This document shows, piece after piece, positions 27,926-35,018 of a stretch of 38,452 nt of DNA (position 1 is the first letter of the stretch; the number at the start of each line of letters is the position of its first letter). Under the pieces are notes generated by a model that saw nothing but the letters and a program-made list of their open reading frames with translations, made no database searches and had not been told where the DNA came from. The stretch is from a virus (lineage: Duplodnaviria; Caudoviricetes), in IMG/VR virus record IMGVR_UViG_3300044564_000062, positions 1 through 38,452 of that record. One strand, written 5' to 3'. Position numbers and translations under genes: made by a program.

Positions 27926-29467
27926 ATGGCAAGCAAGACCCACATCATGAGCGACGAGACGGGGCAGCGCATCGCCGCCGCCCTTGAGGCGATGGCGCGC
28001 GGCTCCCTGCTCACCTACGACGACGAGGCGGGCGAGTACGCGGGCGTGGACAAGTGGCTGCGCTCCATGCGCGACGGGCGCATCTACAGCATCAAGGTGC
28101 CGACCGGCAGCGCCGTGGCGTGCGTGAAGGCGGACGCGAACGCGGGAGTTGCCGTTCCGACGCCCGGAACCAACTCCGCAGCCGCCATCGACCCCTATGC
28201 TGCGCTCGCCCCGTTCTTCCACATCGACTGCAACGCCACGGTTGACGCGGACGGCGTTCCTCACATCACGGCCATCTCCGGCGACGGCATGTTCGCCCGC
28301 ACGGGCGGGAACGGAAACGTGTGGGTGCTCGCCCCGGTGCTCTTCTGGAAGATCGCGGACGACGCGGACGGTGCCTACACGGTCATCTCCATCTCGGACA
28401 CGCAGCTCCCCGGCTTCTCCCCGCAGCCCGGGGCCATGCTACCGGACGGCAGCCTGCGCCCGTGCATGATCTACGCGAAGTACGCGCTCTCGACCTACGA
28501 CGGCGAGGCGGCGAGCGTTTCGGGCGCGCAGCCGCGCACGCGCGACGTGTCACACAACGCGCTCATTACCATCTGCAAGACGGCGACCACCGGCTACAGC
28601 GGCCGCAGCGTGGCGGATGACTGGTACCTCAAGGTCATGCTCCTGATGAAGTACGCGACCAAGAACTCGCAGAGTGTCTTCCAGGGTTGCGCGAGCTACA
28701 ACGTCATCAAGGCAGTGACTGTGGCGGCGAGCAACCAGAGCCACGTCATCGTGGCCAAGAACCACGGCTACCTCGCAGGCAGCGCCGTCATGATCGGCAC
28801 GCAGAACACCGACCGAGGCAACGCCGCCGCGCACGACGTGCTCGACTACGCCGTCATCAAGCGCATCGAGAGCCACGACGACAGCAACGACAAGCTCATC
28901 CTCAACCGCGCCGCCACCACCGCCGTGGGCAACTACGTCATCAGCGCCCCGTGGCCCACGGGATGCTGCGACGGCGTGCAGGGCGACGGTTCGCCCACAT
29001 CGCGCACGAGCGGCAAGGAGCCGTTCTCCCTGCAGGGCATCGAGACCGCCATGGGCATGTACGAGGTGATGAGCGGCGTAGCCCTCAAGTACGACGGCTC
29101 CGCCTGCAACGTCATGGTGCTGCACGACACGAAGAAGGAAGCCACGACCATCAGCGCCGACTACGTGGACACCGGCGTCGACCTTCCCGTGGCGGCCACG
29201 GAGGGGTGGAAGTACCCGACGAGGCTGTCGAACGCCAAGGGCATGCTCGTGGGGACAGGCTCCGGAGCGTCCACGACAACCGGGATGTGCGACGGCACGT
29301 ACACGAACGCCCAGGCGACGAACGCGGATCGAGAGTTCCCCTCGCTGGGCCACTTGTACAACGGCTCGTACGCGGGCTGGTGGTGCGTCAACGGCGACAA
29401 CGCCCTGTCGCACGCCTGGTGGAGCATCGGGTCGCGCCTCTCTGGCACTGGTCGCTCAAGGGGGTGA
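27926..29467 (+). CDS. DGR target protein; putative receptor-binding tail protein with C-terminal C-type-lectin-fold VR
   Basis: 513 aa in the tail module; C-terminus SLGHLYNGSYAGWWCVNGDNALSHAWWSIGSRLS matches the downstream TR. Confidence 0.9.
   Translation: MASKTHIMSDETGQRIAAALEAMARGSLLTYDDEAGEYAGVDKWLRSMRDGRIYSIKVPTGSAVACVKADANAGVAVPTPGTNSAAAIDPYAALAPFFHIDCNATVDADGVPHITAISGDGMFARTGGNGNVWVLAPVLFWKIADDADGAYTVISISDTQLPGFSPQPGAMLPDGSLRPCMIYAKYALSTYDGEAASVSGAQPRTRDVSHNALITICKTATTGYSGRSVADDWYLKVMLLMKYATKNSQSVFQGCASYNVIKAVTVAASNQSHVIVAKNHGYLAGSAVMIGTQNTDRGNAAAHDVLDYAVIKRIESHDDSNDKLILNRAATTAVGNYVISAPWPTGCCDGVQGDGSPTSRTSGKEPFSLQGIETAMGMYEVMSGVALKYDGSACNVMVLHDTKKEATTISADYVDTGVDLPVAATEGWKYPTRLSNAKGMLVGTGSGASTTTGMCDGTYTNAQATNADREFPSLGHLYNGSYAGWWCVNGDNALSHAWWSIGSRLSGTGRSRG
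29335..29445 (+). repeat. DGR variable repeat (VR)
   Basis: 111-nt match to 29562-29672; 12 mismatches, 11 opposite TR adenines. Confidence 0.95.
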
Positions 29468-29468
29468 A

Positions 29469-29501
29469 TCGCCGTAGGCGAGAGGGGGCGAAGCCCCCTC
29501 T
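29469..29501. promoter_or_regulatory. Tandem GNA-triloop hairpins after VR (putative DGR target-recognition cruciform)
   Basis: TCGCC-GTA-GGCGA (29469-29481) and AGAGGGGGC-GAA-GCCCCCTCT (29481-29501). Confidence 0.75.
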
Positions 29502-29515
29502 TAAAGGGTATGCGG

Positions 29516-29521
29516 TATAAT
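29516..29521 (+). promoter_or_regulatory. Putative -10 box for the TR-RT transcript
   Basis: Perfect TATAAT in GC-rich DNA about 40 nt upstream of TR; no clear -35. Confidence 0.55.
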
Positions 29522-29561
29522 CCCGCGCAGGGATTCGCGGCGACGGCTCCCGATGTTTTCT

Positions 29562-29672
29562 GTTCCACTCGCTGGGCAACTTGAACAACGGCTCGAACGC
29601 GGGCTTGTGGTACGTCAACGGCAACAACGCCCTGTCGAACGCCAGGTGGAACATCGGGTCGCGCCAATCTGG
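29562..29672 (+). repeat. DGR template repeat (TR)
   Basis: AAC-rich copy of VR (9 AAC codons in the VR frame, 24 adenines in total), located between the target and RT. Confidence 0.95.
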
Positions 29673-29831
29673 TTGACATGCGCCTCGCTCTCATTACGCC
29701 GCGTCTACCCGCGCCGACCCCACGAGGGCGAGGCAGCGGGCATGCCTCGTCAACCGACGGAAATGGCCACGACCACCGGGTTAGTAGCTTGCGAAAACTC
29801 GGACGGCAACCAGAGAGGTGAACCGGTCGGA

Positions 29832-30924
29832 ATGAAGACGTACTGCAGGGGCCTCGTGATAGACCGAGCCATCGTGGAAGAGGCGTACCGCGAGTGGAGC
29901 GAGGCCCCTGCGGGCAAGAAGAACGCGTGGCGCGTCAGGCAAGAGTACGGAAGCGCCGCGAACCTCATAGACGAGGTGGCGCGGGAGATCGCGGAACGCT
30001 GCCTCGTATTCGAGCCAATCCACCGATACGACCACATAGAACCGACGAACGGCAAGGTGCGCACCATCGGCGTGTCCTCTGTGAAGCAGCAGCTGGTCGA
30101 TTACGTCGTGGTCCACTGCTGCGCCGACTTCCTCAAGACGCGGGCAGGCCACTACCAGGCATCGAGCGTGAAGGGAAAGGGGGCGACCTTCACCATGCGC
30201 ACGATACGAAAATGGGTGACTGGGGGGGGGTCCTCGCTTCTTCGTCAAGATGGACGTCCGGAAGTGCTACCCATCCACCAGGCACGACGTCGTGCTGGGG
30301 ATATTCCGCAAGTACGTCGCGTCGCCTGACGTCCTCTACTGCATCGAATCGCTCCTCGCCACCTACACGGACGGCGGCCTTGAGATCGGCAGCTACTTCT
30401 CGCTGCGCGCCGAACAGCTCGTGCTGTCGTTCGCGTACCACCACGTCGAGGGGCTGCACAAGGAAAGGCGTGGAAAGAAACGGGCGCTGGTTGCGCACCA
30501 GCTGTGGTACATGGACGATGTGCTGCTGATGGGCAACGACAAGCGCGACCTCAAGGCCGCAGCCCGCTCGCTTGAGAGGTACATGAGGAGCGAGCTGGGT
30601 CTTGAGCTCAAGCCGTGGAAGATATGCCGCGTCGGCGAGGACGAGCCCATCGACATGGGTGGCTACGTCGTGCGCCCCTCGCACGTCGAGGTGCGCGCCG
30701 GCACGTTCCTGCGCGGCATGCGGGCGTTCCGGAGGTTCAAGCGCAAGCCCGGGCTGCGGCGCGCGAGACGCGTCACGAGCTACATGGGCTACTTCAAGCA
30801 CGCGGACTGCGACGACCTCATGGCGAGGAACGACATGCACGCTACGATGCGGGCCGCAAGGCGGTACGTATCGAGGAGCGCGCATGCAGCAAACAACATC
30901 GGCGACACCGCTCGACGCCGTTAA
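29832..30924 (+). CDS. DGR reverse transcriptase, frameshifted at G9 (30222-30230); 363 aa if the tract is G8
   Basis: N-half MKTYC...NGKVRTIG...KGKG; C-half in the +1 frame FFVKMDVRKCYPS, GLEIGSYFS, WYMDD, LGLELKP, IDMGGY. Confidence 0.9.
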
Positions 30925-31600
30925 GATCGAGCAGCGCCCAGACGGGCAGGCGGACGTTTGGCTCCGCAAGAACATCACCAAGGAGACGATCGAGGACGAG
31001 GCCTCCGGCGAGCAGCGCGAGCAGTGGGTCGCCGACGAGGTGCATCTCGTCAAGGCCATCACGCAGGAGGAGGCGGAGGCTTCCTTCGATGAGCTATGGG
31101 ACGAGGCGGAGGCGGCGGAGACCCCGCAGGACGAGCGCATCAAGGCGTTGGAGACCATCGCCAAGACGTTCACCGCGTCGGCGTCGCAGCTCGCGCAGAT
31201 TCGCACCGCCGCGACGCTCTCCATACAGACCATGGCCGCGAGCCTCACCGACGAGCAGGCCATCAGCGTCTCCGGCCTCATCCCGGCGTACGAGGTCGGC
31301 AGGGACTACAAGAAGGGCGACCTGCTCACGTACGAGGGCGAGGTCTACCGCGTTGCGCAGGACCACACCTCGCAGGCGCAGTGGGTGCCCGGGAACGGCA
31401 CGGAGAGCCTTTACACGCACATCACGCTCGCGGGCGACAGCATCCCCGTGTGGCAGCAGCCGACCGGCGCGCACGACGCCTACAACACGGGGGACAAGGT
31501 CCACTACCCGGACGAATCCGGTCCCGTGTACGTGTCCAAGATCGACGGCAACACATGGTCGCCGGACGCCTACCCGGCGGGATGGGAACTCTCCGAATAA
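30884..31600 (+). CDS. Protein with two C-terminal CBM5/12-like carbohydrate-binding modules (tail chaperone or DGR accessory candidate)
   Basis: GAGGAG RBS; YKKGDLLTYEGEVYRVAQDHTSQAQWVP and WQQPTGAHDAYNTGDKVHY...WSP..YPAGW; overlaps the RT 3' end. Confidence 0.78.
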   Translation: MQQTTSATPLDAVKIEQRPDGQADVWLRKNITKETIEDEASGEQREQWVADEVHLVKAITQEEAEASFDELWDEAEAAETPQDERIKALETIAKTFTASASQLAQIRTAATLSIQTMAASLTDEQAISVSGLIPAYEVGRDYKKGDLLTYEGEVYRVAQDHTSQAQWVPGNGTESLYTHITLAGDSIPVWQQPTGAHDAYNTGDKVHYPDESGPVYVSKIDGNTWSPDAYPAGWELSE

Positions 31601-31609
31601 CCCGAATCG

Positions 31610-31632
31610 AGCGCCCCTGCGGGGGCGCTTCT
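31610..31632 (+). terminator. Probable terminator hairpin
   Basis: AGCGCCCC-TGCG-GGGGCGCT followed by a weak pyrimidine tail. Confidence 0.55.
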
Positions 31633-31637
31633 CGTAT

Positions 31638-31656
31638 GCGACACCTCCGAGATGAT
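31638..31656 (+). promoter_or_regulatory. Late-module motif copy 4 (GCGACACCTCCGAGATGAT)
   Basis: After the hairpin, upstream of the lysis module. Confidence 0.6.
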
Positions 31657-31680
31657 GCAGCAGATCGGAAGGAGGTGACC

Positions 31681-32019
31681 ATGGACCCGTTTCTCTCGCA
31701 GATAGCCGTGACGGCCATCACCTCGGCGGTGAGCATCGCCGTCGGGTGGGCCATGGGCGGCATAAAGGGCGCGGCTAAGGAGCGCGCCGAGGCCCAGAAG
31801 GCGGCAATCGAGGACAGGGACACGACGCGGCGCATCCTGCGCACGCTCCTCTACTGCCGGCTCGCCGACATGCACCGCCGGTACGTGGTGGACGGGGTGC
31901 CCTGCACCCCTGCGGAGAAGCAGGAGGCCGAAGAGGTCTACAGCGAGTACCACGGCATCGGGGGCAACGGATCCGGGACCGCCCTCTACAAGGAGATCAT
32001 GGCCGCGCACGTGGCCTAG
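31681..32019 (+). CDS. Lysis-module membrane protein
   Basis: AAGGAGGT RBS; N-terminal TM helix; YHGIGGNGSGT motif commonly seen before holin/lysin genes. Confidence 0.75.
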   Translation: MDPFLSQIAVTAITSAVSIAVGWAMGGIKGAAKERAEAQKAAIEDRDTTRRILRTLLYCRLADMHRRYVVDGVPCTPAEKQEAEEVYSEYHGIGGNGSGTALYKEIMAAHVA

Positions 32020-32035
32020 AGGAAAGGAGGCCGAC

Positions 32036-32305
32036 ATGGCCGAGTACACGACACGCGACATCGACATCCCGGAGGACGCAGAGGTGCAGGACTATCCCAA
32101 GTACGTCCTCCCCGAGAAGCTGTACCTCGCCCTCAAGTGGGCGGCTCTCCTCCTGCTCCCGCTCATCGCCGTCTTCTACCAGGCGCTCGCGGGAATCTGG
32201 GGGCTGCCGATGCCGGATGAGATCAGCCAGACGTGCAGCATCCTCGGGCTCTTCATCGGCGCGCTCATCGGCGTGTCCGAGTTCAAGGCGCTCAAGAGCA
32301 AGTAG
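32036..32305 (+). CDS. Holin (Dp-1-like)
   Basis: LPEKLYLALKWAALLLLP...IWGLP...FIGALIGVS, two TM helices. Confidence 0.85.
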   Translation: MAEYTTRDIDIPEDAEVQDYPKYVLPEKLYLALKWAALLLLPLIAVFYQALAGIWGLPMPDEISQTCSILGLFIGALIGVSEFKALKSK

Positions 32306-32312
32306 GCGCGGC

Positions 32313-32990
32313 ATGTCGAGGCTCAAGCTGGCAGCCGCGCTCCTCACCGGCGCGCTCGCCGCGACCTGCTGGTGGGGATGGCTCATGCTCGACCACTCCG
32401 GGCAGGACGCGCAGGCGCTCGCCGAGACGCAGGAGCGGCAGGAGGCACGAGAGCAGAGCCAGATCGTCGTGCGCGACACGCCCGCCCAGGAACCCCCGCT
32501 CTACTACCAGGCGGACGAGCGGTGGGGAGGGCTTCCGTACGCGACAGCCGATGGTTGCGTCGCCGAATCCGGGTGCGGCCTTTGTTGCGCCGCCATGGCC
32601 GCGAGCTACCTGACAGGCGAGGAGATTACCCCGCCCGTCCTCCTGAACCTCGTCGGCAACCGCTGCATCGACGGCGGCGTGAACCACATGGGGCGCTTCT
32701 GCGAGGAGCTTCAAGCCCTCTACGGATTCGAGTACCGAGACCTATGGACGCTCGAAGACGCCGAGAGCCACCTGCGCGACGGCTGGATGCTGTTCGCCGG
32801 CATGGGGGGAGCCGTCTACGAGGGCGGCAAGGAGTACGGCGGCCACGTCCTCCTCATCTGGAAGTGCGACGAGGAGGGCGTCTACATCAGAGACCCCGAC
32901 GACCCGACCCTGCAAGCACCCATCAGCTGGGAGCGGTTCAGAGCAATCGAGTGGGGCTCCTACTTCTACGCGATCAGAGAGGGGAACTGA
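32313..32990 (+). CDS. Membrane-anchored peptidase C39-like protein
   Basis: N-terminal hydrophobic segment; YYQADERW..SGCGLCCAAM..GGHVLL..IRDP (Cys-His-Asp). Confidence 0.78.
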   Translation: MSRLKLAAALLTGALAATCWWGWLMLDHSGQDAQALAETQERQEAREQSQIVVRDTPAQEPPLYYQADERWGGLPYATADGCVAESGCGLCCAAMAASYLTGEEITPPVLLNLVGNRCIDGGVNHMGRFCEELQALYGFEYRDLWTLEDAESHLRDGWMLFAGMGGAVYEGGKEYGGHVLLIWKCDEEGVYIRDPDDPTLQAPISWERFRAIEWGSYFYAIREGN

Positions 32991-32991
32991 C

Positions 32992-33099
32992 ATGAGCGAC
33001 GAGAACAATATCAAGACCATCTTCGATGCGCCCGGCGAGGACGAGCAGGAACCGGAGAACTGCAAGATGGGCGACAAGTGCGAGGAGGGTGATGAGTGA
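32992..33099 (+). CDS. 35-aa acidic micro-ORF (not in the ORF track)
   Basis: GAGGGG RBS, MSDENNIKTIFDAPGEDEQEPENCKMGDKCEEGDE, TGATG coupling to the endolysin. Confidence 0.5.
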   Translation: MSDENNIKTIFDAPGEDEQEPENCKMGDKCEEGDE

Positions 33100-34142
33100 T
33101 GGCGGGAATCCTTCCAACCATCATCGACATCTCCGAGTGGCAGGGCGGGATCGCGTGGGCGACCGTCAAGGGCAACGTCCACTTCGCGATCATCAGGGTG
33201 CAGGACGGCACCTATCTTGACGAGCGCCTGCGCCAGAACATCTCGGGCTGCGAGCAGCAGGGCATCCCGTACTACCTCTATGGCTTCTACCGCAACGGCG
33301 GAGCCGTCGAGGCCGCTCGCATGGTGTCCCGCGCGAAGGAAGCCGGAGCCACCAAGCAGCGCGGCTACGTGCTGGACGTCGAGGTGTCCGGCCAGAGCAA
33401 GGCCAACATCAAGAGCGCCATGGCCACGCTCAACGCCTCCGGCCTCGACAACGGCATCTACATCGCCAACCACCTCTATTCCGAGTACGGCGGCGAGGAC
33501 TACGGCGAGAAGTGGCGCTGGATTCCCACCTACGGCGTGAACGACGGCAAGGCGCACACGCCCCCGAAGCACTACTGCGACCTCTGGCAGTTCACGAGCG
33601 CGGGCGAGGTTCCCGGAATCAGCGGCAACGTTGACTGCAACGCGCTCAACGGGGACCGGACGCTCGCCAGCTTCACCACGGACGCGGTTTCCGGAAAGCC
33701 GACCGGCGGGGACGTGGCGGACGATACGACTCTCGACCTCACGCGCAGCGCCTCCGAGCTCGTCGGTGACGTGCTCGCCGGGGACGCCGGCAACGGGGAC
33801 GTTCGCAGGGCCAAGCTCGGCAGCCGATACGACGAGATTCAGGCGCTCGTCAACCACGTGCTCACCGCCAGCGCGTCAACGCTCGCCCAGGAGGTCATCG
33901 ACGGCGAGTGGGGCAACGGCGAGACCCGCAAGCGCGCCATGGGCGCTCGGTACGACGAGGTTCAGGAGAAGGTCAACGCAAAGCTCGGCGCTTCGTCCGC
34001 CAAGACCTACACCGTCAAGAGCGGCGACACGCTGTCCGAGATCGGCGCGGAGCTTGGCATCGACTGGAAGGGCATCGCCGCGAAGAACGGCATCTCCGCG
34101 CCGTATACAATCTATCCCGGGCAGCAGCTCGTGATAGGATAG
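33099..34142 (+). CDS. Endolysin: GH25 muramidase, two CW_7-like repeats and LysM
   Basis: IDISEWQG, LDVE, LWQFTS..VPGISGNVDCN; GNGDVRRAKLG.RYDEIQALVN twice; YTVKSGDTLSEI...IYPGQQL. Confidence 0.93.
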   Translation: MAGILPTIIDISEWQGGIAWATVKGNVHFAIIRVQDGTYLDERLRQNISGCEQQGIPYYLYGFYRNGGAVEAARMVSRAKEAGATKQRGYVLDVEVSGQSKANIKSAMATLNASGLDNGIYIANHLYSEYGGEDYGEKWRWIPTYGVNDGKAHTPPKHYCDLWQFTSAGEVPGISGNVDCNALNGDRTLASFTTDAVSGKPTGGDVADDTTLDLTRSASELVGDVLAGDAGNGDVRRAKLGSRYDEIQALVNHVLTASASTLAQEVIDGEWGNGETRKRAMGARYDEVQEKVNAKLGASSAKTYTVKSGDTLSEIGAELGIDWKGIAAKNGISAPYTIYPGQQLVIG

Positions 34143-34328
34143 TCACAGCGTCGCACCCGTGACGAGCAGGGCGAAGCCCCTGCGCAGACCGTAGGCGTAG
34201 GTGTTCGCGCTAACTCGCACGTAGCCCGCCAGAGTATTGACGTACAGGCTTGGCCCACAAGCAAGGGCCGTTAGTTTGGACGTGAGCATAGGGGACCGGA
34301 GGCGGTAGCGCCTTCGGTCTCTTTTTTT
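34142..34328 (+). ncRNA. Candidate structured non-coding RNA after the endolysin
   Basis: Several hairpins and long-range stems with G-U pairs, no credible ORF, ends in a terminator; family unknown. Confidence 0.4.
34291..34328 (+). terminator. Rho-independent terminator (end of phage late transcription)
   Basis: GGGACCGGAGGCG-GTAG-CGCCTTCGGTCTC followed by T7. Confidence 0.88.
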
Positions 34329-34381
34329 GCCGGCCACGGATGTGGCGGCTTTGCGACAAGTATGTGTGCAGAGAAAAGTTC

Positions 34382-34410
34382 TTGACTGGCGCCCGCAATC
34401 GTGCCATATT
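34382..34410 (+). promoter_or_regulatory. Sigma70-type promoter of tRNA-Arg
   Basis: TTGACT-17 bp-CATATT with a TGn extension. Confidence 0.6.
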
Positions 34411-34422
34411 ATCTAACCGCAC

Positions 34423-34499
34423 GCGCCGTTACCTCAGCTGGATAGAGGACCTGACTACGAATCAGGGCGTCATAGGTTCGAATCCTATACGGCGCACCA
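34423..34499 (+). tRNA. tRNA-Arg(ACG)
   Basis: Cloverleaf: GCGCCGT/ACGGCGC acceptor, CCTGA-CTACGAA-TCAGG anticodon arm, GGTTCGAATCC, CCA end. Confidence 0.96.
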
Positions 34500-34508
34500 C
34501 GAACGCGC

Positions 34509-34541
34509 AGGCCAGACGAGTTTTTCTCGTCTGGCCTTTTT
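34509..34541 (+). terminator. tRNA-Arg terminator
   Basis: AGGCCAGACGAG/CTCGTCTGGCCT followed by a T tract. Confidence 0.85.
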
Positions 34542-34555
34542 CTTATCCGATAAGC

Positions 34556-34957
34556 CTAAATCTCCTCTGCTGCGGGCCGATACGTCACGCCCGTGGCGGG
34601 TCCTAGCGCCTGATACGAGTACGGCACGCCCTTGGCATCGCAAAGATCCATAAGGTCGATGAGGGCATGCCTACCACCCTGGAAGAACGAGCCAAGATGA
34701 GTTCTTATCTCCCCTTCTGCTTTGGCGCCATTTCCCAGGAGCTGGGCAAGTCCGTCCATGGCCTCTGGCGAGAAGACAACACGTACCTTATGCGAGGACT
34801 CCCCATACGCTACGCTTGCGGAGGGACCGCTAACCTCCTCGCTTACCATGAGGGACCCGTCCTCGGCGTAGCCGGACGTGACCACGGAGACATCCCCAAG
34901 CCGCTCCTCGCGGGCGACAACCTGCATCCCGTTCTTCTGCTTGTCCTTCGCTGTCAT
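34556..34957 (-). CDS. Hypothetical host protein, possibly LexA-regulated
   Basis: 133 aa with GGGAGGGG RBS; SOS-box-like site upstream. Confidence 0.7.
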   Translation of the reverse strand: MTAKDKQKNGMQVVAREERLGDVSVVTSGYAEDGSLMVSEEVSGPSASVAYGESSHKVRVVFSPEAMDGLAQLLGNGAKAEGEIRTHLGSFFQGGRHALIDLMDLCDAKGVPYSYQALGPATGVTYRPAAEEI

Positions 34958-35018
34958 TTTTGCCCCTCCCCTTTGGATTGTGTGTTTCACTCAGTCTACC
35001 TCATTGGCACCAAGAATG

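Larger units (their letters stand above)
27926..30924 (+). other. Diversity-generating retroelement cassette (target-VR / hairpins / TR / RT)
   Basis: VR-TR pair with adenine-specific mismatches, adjacent RT with YMDD, hairpins after VR. Confidence 0.95.
1..34330 (+). mobile_element. Prophage (siphovirus-like; left end with integrase/repressor outside the window; right end approximate)
   Basis: Continuous co-oriented replication, packaging, head, tail and lysis genes with overlapping stop/start codons; ends at a terminator before tRNA-Arg and host genes. Confidence 0.95.

Noticed and set aside
29553-29831. N-terminal extension of the RT ORF running through TR, or an avd gene here
   Set aside because: Reads through the TR/spacer with no protein-like features; the RT-like sequence starts at ATG 29832 with a GAGGTG RBS.
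29832-30924. RT as a group II intron, retron or Abi RT
   Set aside because: Short RT without maturase or endonuclease extension, and adjacent to an adenine-mismatched TR/VR pair.
24343-34142. Second DGR target (additional VR) in other tail or lysis genes
   Set aside because: No other TR-like sequence found by eye; a BLASTN of TR against the whole genome would be decisive.
34340-34606. 88-aa ORF (and 38179-38442 on the minus strand)
   Set aside because: Both overlap clear tRNA genes; spurious.
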